Source of the DNA: an uncultured archaeon
GTDB taxonomy: Archaea; Asgardarchaeota; Lokiarchaeia; Sigyniarchaeales; SOKP01
Reading direction: 5' to 3'
Length of the DNA: 64,000 nt
Assembly (NCBI GenBank): GCA_964508365.1
Contig: CAZDTP010000001.1
Coordinates: 64,001 to 128,000 of the forward strand
Position 1 is the stretch's first letter, and every line of letters starts with the position of its first letter. Positions 37,207 to 48,532 of the stretch are shown in pieces. The notes below the pieces were generated by a model, which was not told the origin of the DNA, did no database searches, and saw nothing but the letters and a program-made list of their open reading frames with translations. Made by a program: the position numbers and the translations under genes.

Positions 37207-38817
37207 ATGATGTTAGAAGATAAAATTATTATCATTCCTAACCCAGTCAATATGATTTTAGGAGAGGGAAATTTCAATATTAACGAGCAAACTGTAGTTC
37301 AGGCAGATCCGAAATTAACTGAAGTTGTCAAGTATTTTACCGATTTATTATTACCTGCAACAGGTTTTAACTTGGAAATAGCTGAACTTAAATCGGATTT
37401 AACCAAATCTAATACTCTCTACTTAATACTTAACGAAAAATTAAGTGATTTAGCTGAAGAAGGATATTCTCTTAAGATAAATCAAGAGAGAATCGTATTA
37501 TCAGCGCCTAAACCCGTTGGGATTTTCTATGGAATTCAAACTATTCGTCAATTACTTCCGATAGAGATAGAAAACAAAAGTGAAAAGTCCGGTATCGAAT
37601 GGATTATTCCTTCTGTTGATATTAAAGATAATCCCCGTTTTTCTTGGAGAGGGTACATGCTTGATGAAGGTAGACATTTTCTGGGAAAAGAAGCTGTAAA
37701 ACATATACTCGATTTAATGGCACTTTTCAAGATGAATGTATTTCATTGGCATTTGACAGAGGATCAAGGGTGGAGAATTGAAATAAAGAAATATCCGCGT
37801 CTTACCGAAGTTGGATCAAGGAGAAAAAAAACGCAAATTGGTGGTTTTCTTAGTAAAAAAATGGATGCCACCCCTCATGAAGGTTATTATACTCAGGAAG
37901 AAATACAAGAAATAATTTCTTATGCTGATAAACTCTTTATTAAAATTATTCCAGAAATTGATATGCCTGGTCATTCAAAAGCAGCATTAGCAGCTTACCC
38001 CGAATTTAGCTGTACAGGAGGTCCATTTGAAGTATCTACTACCTTTGGTATAAAGAAAGATGTATATTGCGTTGGTAAAGAAGAAACTTTTGAATTCCTA
38101 CAAAATATTTTGGATGAGATCGTACAGCTGTTTCCTTCTGATATTATTCATATAGGTGGGGACGAAGTTCCTAAAAAAAGATGGGAAAAATGTCAGGAAT
38201 GCCAAGATAGAATGAAATTAGAACATTTAGAAACCGAAAAAGAACTCCAAAAGTATTTTACGAAACGAATAAAGAAATTTCTCTCCGCTCATAACCGTAG
38301 GCTTATGGGATGGAATCAAATACTAGATAATAAGTCAACTAATGATATTATTGGACATTATTGGATTTTTGGTAAGAAGATTATTAATAACCATTTAAGA
38401 AAAGGAGGAAATGTTGTTTTCTCTAAATTTGGTTCTGCATATCTTGATTATTCATATAAATTCACTTCTCTGGGCAAAGCCTATCAATACGAACCAGTCC
38501 CTAAGAAGTTGCAAAAGGAATACCACAATAATGTTTTAGGAATCGAGGCAACCATGTGGACAGAATGGGTTAGGAATATTCGTGAATTGGATTGGCAAAC
38601 TTTTCCACGACTAATTGCGTTTGCGGAGACTGGTTGGATTCCTAAAGAACAAAGAAGCTTTAAGTCGTTTCAAACTCGCCTTGAATACCTTCATACACGA
38701 TTAGATTTGCTTGGAGTTTATCATGCACAGAAGCAGGAATATCAACCTAATTTTTTTAAAAGATTAATTGGATTTTTTACAATATTTAAAGAACCAAAAA
38801 GGAGTTCTTTATCCTAA
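37207..38817 (+). CDS. Beta-N-acetylhexosaminidase (GH20)
   Basis: PRFSWRGYMLDEGRHF, HWHLTEDQGWR, PEIDMPGH and catalytic HIGGDE. Confidence 0.95.
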   Translation: MMLEDKIIIIPNPVNMILGEGNFNINEQTVVQADPKLTEVVKYFTDLLLPATGFNLEIAELKSDLTKSNTLYLILNEKLSDLAEEGYSLKINQERIVLSAPKPVGIFYGIQTIRQLLPIEIENKSEKSGIEWIIPSVDIKDNPRFSWRGYMLDEGRHFLGKEAVKHILDLMALFKMNVFHWHLTEDQGWRIEIKKYPRLTEVGSRRKKTQIGGFLSKKMDATPHEGYYTQEEIQEIISYADKLFIKIIPEIDMPGHSKAALAAYPEFSCTGGPFEVSTTFGIKKDVYCVGKEETFEFLQNILDEIVQLFPSDIIHIGGDEVPKKRWEKCQECQDRMKLEHLETEKELQKYFTKRIKKFLSAHNRRLMGWNQILDNKSTNDIIGHYWIFGKKIINNHLRKGGNVVFSKFGSAYLDYSYKFTSLGKAYQYEPVPKKLQKEYHNNVLGIEATMWTEWVRNIRELDWQTFPRLIAFAETGWIPKEQRSFKSFQTRLEYLHTRLDLLGVYHAQKQEYQPNFFKRLIGFFTIFKEPKRSSLS

Positions 38818-38840
38818 AAAAGAAATTTTAAATAAGTGAT

Positions 38841-40811
38841 ATGAATATGGATTCAAACGATAACGGTAGAGGTTATTTTGATTATAGGGAAAGATTAAAT
38901 GATGTAAATGATATTAAATTTGATATCAATAACGAAATTATCGTTAACAGTAAAGCTTCAATAAAAATCACATTTATTTCTAAGATAGAATATCCCCGTC
39001 GTACCCAATTTAGATTCGTAATACCTTATGGTTGGGAGCCTATCAATATTAAAAATGATTTCTGCTCAATTTCTTCTTCTGTAATGGGTAAAATAAAAAA
39101 AACAAATTCTAGCTTAATGTTAGCTTATGTCTTACAAGATGAAATGAAACCTGGTGAAATTATTGAATTTAAATATAATGTATCAAACTTGGTTAATACT
39201 GCTGGTGAAATGGCTTATCTGGATAAAGTTTATTCAGCTATAGATATAAAACTCCCTAAAGAGAAATTCTATACCCGCGTAGGGATTAAGTATATCTCTA
39301 TGATTTCAGATAAAATCAGTTTTTTCTTAGTAAAAATTCCTACAATTTACCATCAAAAACCAGTTGATATCGAAATTGTAGCTTTAGATAAATTCGGAAA
39401 TAAAAACAATAGCTTTAACGAGGAAGTCAGGATTTCAGGTGATCAATGTTTAGAATTTCCTAAATATGCTAAATTAAAAAATGGTTACGTTAAACTCACT
39501 CAATCATTAGCATTTAAGGAAAGTAGAAATGAAAAAACAAAAACCTCTACATTATTACAATACAATACAGGCTATACACAATATCCTGTGTTTCCTGAAT
39601 TGAAGTCAGACATCGGAAAATTGCTCGTTAATTATGGAGAAATTAATGGCATTTCGAATCCAATAGTTTGGGACGATGATTATGATTGTCAACTTTTTTG
39701 GGGTGATACTCATATCCATACTCGAGAGTTCTCAGATGGCATTGGAACGGGAAGAGATGCTTTCCATTATGCAAAGAATGTTGTCCTTCATGATTTTGCT
39801 GCTTTAGGGGACCACCTAAACCAAAGAAATAATGAGTTTATGGAGGGTCGAACAAATATTTTTTATCCATACGATGAAACGGTTTGGGCTTCTTTAATTA
39901 GATTATGTAAAGACTGGAGCGACAATGAATTTACAGCTATCCCCGGATATGAATGGTCGGGACGGAATTATTATGTTACCATTGCTACAAAAACACAGAG
40001 TCCTTACGAATCAATCTCAGACAAGGTAATATTATTTCCTATTGAACACGCCGAGGAAGCGCCCTTAATTGACTATACTACAGAAAATGGTTGTTTTCAA
40101 CATCAGTTATATGGAGCACTAAAAGACGTAGAATGTGCCATTATTTCCCATACTCCAATAAGTTTTGTAATGGGTACGTCATGGACAGAAGTAAATGATA
40201 ATATAGAAAAAGTAGTAGAGATTTATTCCTCACACGGTTCAAGCGAATTAATGAATGGGAATTATAGACCCTTAGTTAACAACAAAAACAAGGGTAGCGT
40301 GAATTGGGCGTTAAATAATGGTTTTAAACTCGGGTTTATTGGCGGTGGTGATGACCATTATTCTCATCCTGGATGCCCAATTAGACAATATAAGATGAAA
40401 AATTTAGTTCCAATATTAAGGTATCGACCTGGAATTGCAGCTGTATTTTCGGACAAGCTAACTTCTAAAGAAATAATTCGGAGTATTAACCATAAAAAGT
40501 GTTACGCTACAACTGGAGAAAGAATATGGATGAAAATTAAGATAGATTCTGCCTTAATGGGGCAAAAAATAGATGTTTCTAAGTGTCCATTAATAATTGC
40601 GACTGTGTGTGGAACAGGTAAGCTGGAAAGCGTAGAACTCATAAAAAATGGCGAGGTTGTTGCAATTAGAGTCCCTACAAACGATCGTATCAAGTTTGGA
40701 TACGAAGATACTATTCTGAAGAAGGGTGATAATGCATATTATTACATTCGAGCAACCCAATTCGATGGGGAAAGAGGTTGGACTTCTCCTATTTGGGTAA
40801 ATTATAATTAA
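38841..40811 (+). CDS. DUF3604/PHP-like metallohydrolase
   Basis: WGDTHIHT..SDG, GYEWS, VEIYSSHG, GFIGGGDDH, CYATTG and YYIRA...WTSPIW motifs. Confidence 0.8.
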   Translation: MNMDSNDNGRGYFDYRERLNDVNDIKFDINNEIIVNSKASIKITFISKIEYPRRTQFRFVIPYGWEPINIKNDFCSISSSVMGKIKKTNSSLMLAYVLQDEMKPGEIIEFKYNVSNLVNTAGEMAYLDKVYSAIDIKLPKEKFYTRVGIKYISMISDKISFFLVKIPTIYHQKPVDIEIVALDKFGNKNNSFNEEVRISGDQCLEFPKYAKLKNGYVKLTQSLAFKESRNEKTKTSTLLQYNTGYTQYPVFPELKSDIGKLLVNYGEINGISNPIVWDDDYDCQLFWGDTHIHTREFSDGIGTGRDAFHYAKNVVLHDFAALGDHLNQRNNEFMEGRTNIFYPYDETVWASLIRLCKDWSDNEFTAIPGYEWSGRNYYVTIATKTQSPYESISDKVILFPIEHAEEAPLIDYTTENGCFQHQLYGALKDVECAIISHTPISFVMGTSWTEVNDNIEKVVEIYSSHGSSELMNGNYRPLVNNKNKGSVNWALNNGFKLGFIGGGDDHYSHPGCPIRQYKMKNLVPILRYRPGIAAVFSDKLTSKEIIRSINHKKCYATTGERIWMKIKIDSALMGQKIDVSKCPLIIATVCGTGKLESVELIKNGEVVAIRVPTNDRIKFGYEDTILKKGDNAYYYIRATQFDGERGWTSPIWVNYN

Positions 40812-40854
40812 AAAAAAAGCATAGAAATAATTTTTAGAATTGTATCTTTACTTT

Positions 40855-41751
40855 TTATGATTTTTTTCTAACAATGTCGCGGATTTTTCTATACCCGATT
40901 ATCTTTAAGTTATACTTTTCAACACATTCTTTAATTTTTGGATTTATAAATGCCTGATAATCGAGATCTCGCCATTTTGCAGTTTCAGGGACTATTGCGT
41001 TTAATTCTGTGCTCATTTTCGCAGCGTGAAACAAAAAATGTGTGATGCCTGGTTTAATCTCGCTAAATCTTTTACAATAGTAATCTGTTTTATTTGGACT
41101 ATCTCCCATCGTATCGATAATCATGTAATCGAGAATAGGAGTACCACTTTCTTCTAATTTCTCAAACATTTTTAAGTAAACATCAATTACATTTCCAAAA
41201 CCTGCGGCTTCAAGCTCTTCCCTAGAGACTCGAGGTAAAAAAGCAGCAACTTTAAATTCTCGAGCTATCTTCAAATAGGAAGGAAGAAATTTAGGATCCA
41301 TGACAGTTCCCATATGAGTGTCTATATGTGTGACATCAATACCACTATCAAGCGCTGTTTGAACTTGAGTACGCATTTCTATTTCTGCTGCTTGAGGATT
41401 TATATTAGCAATAGCCTCCTCAGCAGTGCGCCACAAGGATCGTTCTGAGTCAAGTAACCCTGTTTTAGGATCTACACTACTCAATGCCCGCCATCTATAA
41501 AGATCATATTCACATGTGAGAGTTAAATGCACACCCATATCATAAGAAGGTTTCTTTTTACATATTGATGCGGTTTCTAAAAACCAAGGTGCAGGGACTA
41601 TTACTGATCCGCAACTAGCGACACCGAAATCCAAACATTCAAAAGTAGCTAGATTTGAAGAGTGAGAAAACCCTACATCGTCAATGTGAAAAATAACCAC
41701 TTTATCAGTGGTTTCAAAACCTAGTTGCTCAATTAGGCTTAGTTTTTTCAT
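40855..41751 (-). CDS. ChbG/YdjC family carbohydrate deacetylase
   Basis: HIDDVG, MGVHLTLT, THIDTHMG and R..D motifs. Confidence 0.9.
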   Translation of the reverse strand: MKKLSLIEQLGFETTDKVVIFHIDDVGFSHSSNLATFECLDFGVASCGSVIVPAPWFLETASICKKKPSYDMGVHLTLTCEYDLYRWRALSSVDPKTGLLDSERSLWRTAEEAIANINPQAAEIEMRTQVQTALDSGIDVTHIDTHMGTVMDPKFLPSYLKIAREFKVAAFLPRVSREELEAAGFGNVIDVYLKMFEKLEESGTPILDYMIIDTMGDSPNKTDYYCKRFSEIKPGITHFLFHAAKMSTELNAIVPETAKWRDLDYQAFINPKIKECVEKYNLKIIGYRKIRDIVRKKS

Positions 41752-41823
41752 TTTTATTTTCCCGTCTTAAATTGAATTTTTTTATGGGTCTTTACTAAAA
41801 CAATATAACAAGTGTTATTATAA

Positions 41824-42450
41824 TTACCAAATTGAGAAATCTTTTTCTTTTGAAAAATCCCTTTTTAAAGGTTTTCCAGTCATTAAAGTAAGATATCTTA
41901 TATATGCTGATTGTTCTGCTCCAGTAACATACTGTAATGCGTCTTCTAATGTCATTCCTTTAGCAAATAATCCATGACCTCTTACTACAACAAATGGGTA
42001 ATTTTTAAGCATTTTTGGTACTTCTATTGATGTATAATATGCCCCAGCAGGTATTTCAACATCAATAATTGGGATTTTTTTATACAAGGCAAAACCTTCG
42101 GCATCTATACATGTTATTTCATCCTCAATTAAAGATAATGCGACACAATATGGATTATGAGCATGTATGACTGCCATTGCATCAGTTTCTAAATAGATCG
42201 CTCGGTGAACTCCAAGTTCTGTACTAGCGATGAGTGAACTTGAGTCTTCCTCTTTTAAATTACTCACTACTAAATCTTCAAGTTGTAAATCCCCTAACAT
42301 AGCAGCCCTTCTTTTAATAATTATCTTACCTCCACTTCGAATGGAGATATTCCCTGAATGAGATGTATTATAGCCATGCCTAACTAAATGCTTCCCAACT
42401 TTTTTGAAAATATTATATATTGATTCTTCAACAATCATAAATTTCAACAT
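41824..42450 (-). CDS. Class II aldolase (FucA/RhaD-like), probable rhamnulose-1-phosphate aldolase by context
   Basis: SGNIS, STELGVH, HAH and RGHG zinc ligands; lies in the rhaA operon. Confidence 0.82.
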   Translation of the reverse strand: MLKFMIVEESIYNIFKKVGKHLVRHGYNTSHSGNISIRSGGKIIIKRRAAMLGDLQLEDLVVSNLKEEDSSSLIASTELGVHRAIYLETDAMAVIHAHNPYCVALSLIEDEITCIDAEGFALYKKIPIIDVEIPAGAYYTSIEVPKMLKNYPFVVVRGHGLFAKGMTLEDALQYVTGAEQSAYIRYLTLMTGKPLKRDFSKEKDFSIW

Positions 42451-42458
42451 TTTTTTAA

Positions 42459-44249
42459 TTAAATATGTTTAATACCAAGTTTTTTTAATAATTCTGGTTC
42501 TGGAAATCCGTTAATATCCCACCCTCGTACATAATAGTACTGTTCTAACATTTTTTCTAATGGTACAACATGTCCTTTGGAAACTCCTTCCTTAAGGGGT
42601 TCACTTATAAATCTTGGTGGTAAAATATCGTCTTTTTTACTTAATCCTTCTTTAATATTAAAAATCCTTTCTAAATTATATATTCTTTCCCCTATTTCAA
42701 GAAGTTTTACCACATCATAATCAATTCCTGTAATAGCTTTCATAAACCGAGCATAATAATCAAGTCCTAGAGCCCAACCCGCAAAAGCACATATTACTAG
42801 ACTGTCTTCTATGGCTTTTTGATTCTGTTTTAAAACCAGTAAATCAGGTTTTCCTGCCATCGTAAATCTATCAATTTTTTTTGGTGCTGCAAAAATTTCT
42901 AAAGAAGCCATGTATCCAGTTAGGTGACATCCTCCTCTATTTGATGTAGCGTAACCCAGCGCATGTCCAATAGCCCCCCTTGGATCATATGCAGGCAGTT
43001 CTAATCCTTTTACCTGCATAGCAACTTCTTCAGAGTTGTAGCTTTTAGAAAGTAATCTTGAGCCCTCACTAATTTGAGCTCCAATATCCTCTTTTAAAGC
43101 AATTTTTTTCACTAATTCTTTTAGGATATTACTATTTCCAAATTGAAGAGAAGAATCTTTTAGGAGCCCCATTTCCTGCAACTCCATGGCACAAGCAATA
43201 CTTCCACCACAAGATATTGTATCAATTCCATACTTATTGCATAAATAGTTTGCTTGAGTAACCGTGATTAAATCGTATATACCAAGATTAGGTCCAAGAG
43301 CCCAAACAGATTCATATTCAGGACCTTTACCTTTCATATCACCTGCTCTTGTTAATCTGCCACATCTTATAGGACAGGCATAACAACCCTCGTGTTCTTG
43401 GGTTAATTTTTTATTTATTTCCTCACCGCTAACTTGAGTAGCTCTCTCATCAAAACCCTTTTGAAAATTATTTATTGGAAACATACCTAGTATATTAATC
43501 ACATTAACCAAAGCTGAAGTTCCAAACAGAGGTAAAGAAGAACGGGTAATAGGAACAACTTTTATCTTATCTTGGGCGACTTTCACATATTTCTTCAATA
43601 AATCTAGATTATCAATATCAATTTTGGTATCCCCACCTTTCACTACAATTGCCTTAAGGTTTTTAGAACCCATAACAGCTCCAACACCACCTCTACCAAA
43701 TGCTCTCGCCGCATCGTTCATTATTGCAGCAATTTTTATTAAGTTCTCACCTGCAGGTCCAATCATCAATGAATTAATTCTATTACCTTCGAGCTTTTTT
43801 AATTCTTCAAAAGTCTTTTCAGTGTCACACCCCCATAATCTTGAAGCTTCTTTAATAACAATTTCTTTTCCACCCTCGATTAATAGATATCCGGGTTCTT
43901 TTAATGCTCCTTGAATTAAAATACCATCATACCCACATCTTTTCATAACGACACTGAAGGAACCACCTGAATTAGAATAGAATATTCCATTTGTTAAAGG
44001 TGATTTTGTTACTAATGAAAAACGGCCATTAGTAGGCACTATTGTTCCGCCAAAAGGACCTGTCGCAAAAATTAGTAAATTTTTTGGATCTAGAGGATTA
44101 AGATTTACTGGAAGCTTATCTGATAATAATTTTACTCCTAAACCTCTTCCTCCTATATAATCTAATAAAATTTCTTCAGGAACAGGTACTTCATTAAACT
44201 TATCGTGATTTAAATCTACTTCAAGAATTTTGTTATTTAATCCTTTCAT
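42459..44249 (-). CDS. aor: Aldehyde:ferredoxin oxidoreductase (tungstopterin family)
   Basis: GRGLG, GPAGEN, GRGGVGAVMGSKNLKAI, CYACPIRC, GPEYES and RGGCH motifs. Confidence 0.93.
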   Translation of the reverse strand: MKGLNNKILEVDLNHDKFNEVPVPEEILLDYIGGRGLGVKLLSDKLPVNLNPLDPKNLLIFATGPFGGTIVPTNGRFSLVTKSPLTNGIFYSNSGGSFSVVMKRCGYDGILIQGALKEPGYLLIEGGKEIVIKEASRLWGCDTEKTFEELKKLEGNRINSLMIGPAGENLIKIAAIMNDAARAFGRGGVGAVMGSKNLKAIVVKGGDTKIDIDNLDLLKKYVKVAQDKIKVVPITRSSLPLFGTSALVNVINILGMFPINNFQKGFDERATQVSGEEINKKLTQEHEGCYACPIRCGRLTRAGDMKGKGPEYESVWALGPNLGIYDLITVTQANYLCNKYGIDTISCGGSIACAMELQEMGLLKDSSLQFGNSNILKELVKKIALKEDIGAQISEGSRLLSKSYNSEEVAMQVKGLELPAYDPRGAIGHALGYATSNRGGCHLTGYMASLEIFAAPKKIDRFTMAGKPDLLVLKQNQKAIEDSLVICAFAGWALGLDYYARFMKAITGIDYDVVKLLEIGERIYNLERIFNIKEGLSKKDDILPPRFISEPLKEGVSKGHVVPLEKMLEQYYYVRGWDINGFPEPELLKKLGIKHI

Positions 44250-44251
44250 TA

Positions 44252-45526
44252 TTATATCCTGTTCACTAAGGTTTCGCGTTCATATACTTCCACACTTTTA
44301 ATCCAATCTTTTCCAACTGGTACGTTACACTTGTAACAGTAATAATCCCATACAGCTCCAAACGGAAGAGATTTAATTTCTTCGAGATATGCTAATCTTT
44401 GAAATAATTGGTTATTCTCTTCATATTCCTTTAATAGCTCCAAAGGTTGTAATAAAGCATTTAATAGGCTTTTCAAAGTTGCTCTAGCCCCTATAATCCA
44501 TGCACCGAGACGATTTATAGAGGCATCAAAAAAATCTAATCCAAGGCAAATTTTTTCACGGTTTTTGCATCTGATTATTTCCTCAGAAAGGTGCATCAAA
44601 TCATCGTTTAAAATGACAACATGATCGCTGTCCCACCTCACACCTCGACTAATATGAAGCATTATTCCATCAAGGAATGGTAAGATTGCCGTAATTTTAT
44701 CTGCAACGGATTCAGTAGGATGAAAATGACCCGTATCTAGTGTGAGCATGAGATTATTCTTCACAGCGTAACTTAAATAAAAATCATGACTCCCAACAAC
44801 AAATGCTTCGCTCTCTATTCCAAATAATTTTCCCTCAAGAGAATCTTTCATATATTCTGGATTATACTTCTGATTAAAAATGTGATCTAATGAATTCTTC
44901 AATAAATCTCTATGCCCTGCTCTATCCACGGGAATATCTTTAGAACCATCAGGAATCCATAAATTGTGAATTACAGGATTATTTAACTGCCTTCCAATCT
45001 CAGCACTTATTTCTCGACACTTTTGAACATGTTCGATCCAGAAATTTCTAATTTCTGAAGATTTGCTGCTCAAGGTATAACCTGAATCAGCTTTAGGGTG
45101 TGAAAAAAGTGTAGAATTAAAATCCAATCCTAATTTCTTTTCCTTTGCCCAATCTATCCAATTTTGAAAATGTTCAGGTTTAATTGCGTTCCTGTCTATA
45201 AATTTACGTTTAAAATCTCCATAAGAAGCGTGTAAATTAACTCTTTGATTGCCAGGGATTAATGATAGCGCTTTAGTCAGATCCATTTGAAGCTCTTTAA
45301 TGGTTCTTGCTTTACCAGGATAATTTCCCGTTGATAAAATTCCCCCTCCGGTAATTACGGATTCAGGACGCTCAAAACCGCCTACATCATCCCCTTGCCA
45401 ACAATGGATTGATAAGGATATTTGTTTTAGCTCATTTAAAGCTAAATCAGTATTAACTCCAAATTCTTTATACTTATCTTTTGCAACTCCATAGAGATTT
45501 TTTAAATCTTGAAGCAAAAAAACCAC
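44252..45526 (-). CDS. rhaA: L-rhamnose isomerase
   Basis: ISLSIHCWQGDDVGGFE, TGNYPGKART, FGIESEAFVVGSHDFY, LDTGHFHPTE and VRWDSDHVV motifs. Confidence 0.96.
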   Translation of the reverse strand: MVFLLQDLKNLYGVAKDKYKEFGVNTDLALNELKQISLSIHCWQGDDVGGFERPESVITGGGILSTGNYPGKARTIKELQMDLTKALSLIPGNQRVNLHASYGDFKRKFIDRNAIKPEHFQNWIDWAKEKKLGLDFNSTLFSHPKADSGYTLSSKSSEIRNFWIEHVQKCREISAEIGRQLNNPVIHNLWIPDGSKDIPVDRAGHRDLLKNSLDHIFNQKYNPEYMKDSLEGKLFGIESEAFVVGSHDFYLSYAVKNNLMLTLDTGHFHPTESVADKITAILPFLDGIMLHISRGVRWDSDHVVILNDDLMHLSEEIIRCKNREKICLGLDFFDASINRLGAWIIGARATLKSLLNALLQPLELLKEYEENNQLFQRLAYLEEIKSLPFGAVWDYYCYKCNVPVGKDWIKSVEVYERETLVNRI

Positions 45527-45628
45527 ACTCTAATTATTAAAATTTTACCTGCTAATAAAAATTTATAATTTATAAACGGTTATAATGATTTATATTTACT
45601 ACTAACAATCCTAAATTGAAATAATAGT

Positions 45629-48316
45629 ATGATAAAACCTCCATTTGATTTAAAATGCGAATATCTCGTTAGTCCCATTTGTATTGATGTACGAAAACCA
45701 CGATTTTCTTGGAAATTAGCCCATGAACAAAGAAACCAAAATCAGTCGGCTTACCAAATAATTGTCTCCTCTAATAGTTTTTTCTCTGAAGAAAAAAAAG
45801 GAGATATTTGGGACAGTGGAAAAGTGGAAACGGATTCAAATGTAAATGTATCTTATAATGGGGTGCCTTTAGAAAGCGATAAAAGATATTATTGGCGAGT
45901 AAAATGGTGGGATAACAATGATAAAGAGAGCGAATATTGTGATATTCAACAATTTGAAACTGCCTTGTTTGAAGAATCTGATTGGAAAGGCCAATGGATT
46001 AGTAGAGAAGAATTCATCAATAAATCGAATCGAAAGAAATGGCAATATAAATCCGGGGGAAGGAATTTAGCAGGACGAATTAAAGAAGTACATGCACTTT
46101 ATTTAAGAAAGGAATTTTCTACTTTAAAACAAATTAAATCTGCGAAAGTATACATTTGTGGTTTAGGTTATTATGAATTACACATAAATGGAAAAAAAAT
46201 TGGAGATCGAATTCTTGAACCGGCACAAACTGATTATAATAAATTAGCTTTGTATTCAACTTATGATGTATCAGAACTTTTACAAGAAGAGAACGCTATA
46301 GGTGTTATTTTAGGAAATGGTCGGTGTGTTGAACTATTTGGTTATGATTTTCCCAAATTAATACTGCAAGTAAACATTCATTACACTGATGGTAATAAGG
46401 AAATCATTAGTACAGATGATTCATGGAAAATATCTATTGGACCTATTAAAGAGAATGGAATTTATTTTGGTGAAATTTATGATGCCAGACTTGAGATGCC
46501 AGGATGGAATAAATCTAAATTTGATGATAAGGAATGGAAAAATGCAGCTATGGTAGATGGACATAATTTATCTTCACAGATGATGCAACCTATCCAAATT
46601 ACTAAGAGTATAGAACCTCGAGAGATTTATAGTCCTAAACCGGGTATGTATATCATTGACTTTAAACAGAACTTTACTGGTTTTGTGAAATTGAAAACTA
46701 GTGGTCCTCGCGGTTCAGAAGTAAAATTAAGATTTTCTGAAATATTGTTTAAAGATGGTACTCTCAATACTGCTACAAATGGAAATGCACCAGTAACTGA
46801 TGTATATATCTTAAAAGGAGAGGGAGAGGAATGTTATATACCACATTTTACATATCATGGGTTTCGATATGTCGAGATCACGGGTTTTCCGGGAGTTCCA
46901 TCTTTGAATAATTTCGAGGGATTATTCTTTCATTCGAATGTTCCAAAAGTGGGGGATTTTTACTGTTCTAACACCCTTATTAATCAAATACATTCAAATA
47001 TTATATGGGGTCAATTAAGTAACTTAATGAGTATTCCTACTGATTGTCCTCAAAGGGATGAGCGCCAGGGATGGATGGGGGATGCTCAACTCGCTACAGA
47101 AGAAGCAATTTTAAACTTTGATATGGCTCGATTTTTCACTAAATATTTAAGAGATATTAGAGAATGTCAAAAGGAAGACGGAAGTATTTCCGATGTTGTT
47201 CCGCCTTACTGGAAATTATACCCTGCAGATCCTGCATGGGGGAGCGCTTACATAACAATTGCATGGTACTTATATTGGTATTATAACGATTTTCGTGTTC
47301 TTGAAGAAAATTATGAAGGAATGAAGAATTATATCGAATTTCTTGTCTCAAAATCTGAAGATAACCTGTTTCTAATGGGAAAATTTGGTGATTGGTGTCC
47401 ACCATGTTCTATAGTATCAAGAAAAACGCCATTAGAATTCACTTCTTCTTGGTATTTTTATCATGATGTTTTTTACTTCTCAAAAATTGCAGAAATACTT
47501 GGAAAAAACGAAGAAAAAGTATTTTTTAAAAATAAATCTGAGGAGATTAAAACCGCCTTCAATAAAAAATTTCTCAAGGTTTATTATGAAACAACAAAAC
47601 TCTCTCCAGTAGATCGATCAGTGAGCCAAACATCGAATGTTTTACCTCTCTTTTTAAACATGGTTCCTGATAAAAAGAAAAAGAAAGTAATATCGACTTT
47701 AATTAACGCCATTATAGAAGATCACGATTACCATCTAGATACTGGAATCGTAGGAACGAGGTATCTATTTGATGTTTTATCTGATAATGATTATCCAGAA
47801 GTAGCATACAAGATGATAACTCAAGAAAGTTTTCCAAGTTATGGATATATGATTAAAGAGGGAGCTACCACATTATGGGAACGCTGGGAAAAACTAGAAG
47901 GAGGCGGAATGAATTCACATAATCATATTATGCTCGGTTCAGTCGATACTTGGTTTTATAAAACTCTAACTGGAATTAGATGTGAATCTCCAGGTTGGGG
48001 ATCAATAAAAATTAAGCCTTTTATCCCTGATGATATGTATTATGCACGATCAACAATAAAAACTTGTAGGGGTATTCTTTCTTGTTCCTGGGAAAAGTTA
48101 AGTAATTCTTTAAAAGTATCTTTAACCATTCCAGTAGGGATGAGAGCTGAATCTTGGATACCAATTAATAATTCAAGCAAACAAGTCAAAGAAAATGCTA
48201 AAATTATTTGGAAGGAAGGTAAAGTATTGAGTGAAGACATTATACTATCGAATCAAAATGAAAATTGCTTAGTTTTTACCCTTGGTTCTGGTTTTTATAC
48301 CTTTGAAATAGAGTAA
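45629..48316 (+). CDS. Alpha-L-rhamnosidase (GH78)
   Basis: PRFSW, FTYHGFRY, PTDCPQRDERQGWMGD, GATTLWERW and SHNH motifs. Confidence 0.95.
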   Translation: MIKPPFDLKCEYLVSPICIDVRKPRFSWKLAHEQRNQNQSAYQIIVSSNSFFSEEKKGDIWDSGKVETDSNVNVSYNGVPLESDKRYYWRVKWWDNNDKESEYCDIQQFETALFEESDWKGQWISREEFINKSNRKKWQYKSGGRNLAGRIKEVHALYLRKEFSTLKQIKSAKVYICGLGYYELHINGKKIGDRILEPAQTDYNKLALYSTYDVSELLQEENAIGVILGNGRCVELFGYDFPKLILQVNIHYTDGNKEIISTDDSWKISIGPIKENGIYFGEIYDARLEMPGWNKSKFDDKEWKNAAMVDGHNLSSQMMQPIQITKSIEPREIYSPKPGMYIIDFKQNFTGFVKLKTSGPRGSEVKLRFSEILFKDGTLNTATNGNAPVTDVYILKGEGEECYIPHFTYHGFRYVEITGFPGVPSLNNFEGLFFHSNVPKVGDFYCSNTLINQIHSNIIWGQLSNLMSIPTDCPQRDERQGWMGDAQLATEEAILNFDMARFFTKYLRDIRECQKEDGSISDVVPPYWKLYPADPAWGSAYITIAWYLYWYYNDFRVLEENYEGMKNYIEFLVSKSEDNLFLMGKFGDWCPPCSIVSRKTPLEFTSSWYFYHDVFYFSKIAEILGKNEEKVFFKNKSEEIKTAFNKKFLKVYYETTKLSPVDRSVSQTSNVLPLFLNMVPDKKKKKVISTLINAIIEDHDYHLDTGIVGTRYLFDVLSDNDYPEVAYKMITQESFPSYGYMIKEGATTLWERWEKLEGGGMNSHNHIMLGSVDTWFYKTLTGIRCESPGWGSIKIKPFIPDDMYYARSTIKTCRGILSCSWEKLSNSLKVSLTIPVGMRAESWIPINNSSKQVKENAKIIWKEGKVLSEDIILSNQNENCLVFTLGSGFYTFEIE

Positions 48317-48532
48317 GCTTTTTTCTTCATATTATTTTGTTCTATTCTTTACAAGCAATGTTACTTGGATTTAGCTTTAGCTTTAATAGTCCCTATTTTA
48401 ACCATTTCTTAGCAAAAATTAACGATAGTATTAATCAATTTTGGAAATTTTTAAAGCTGATGAATTAACTTTATATATTTCAACTAATCTATCTTTATTC
48501 ACATTAAAATTTAGAAAAAAGGATGGAATTTT

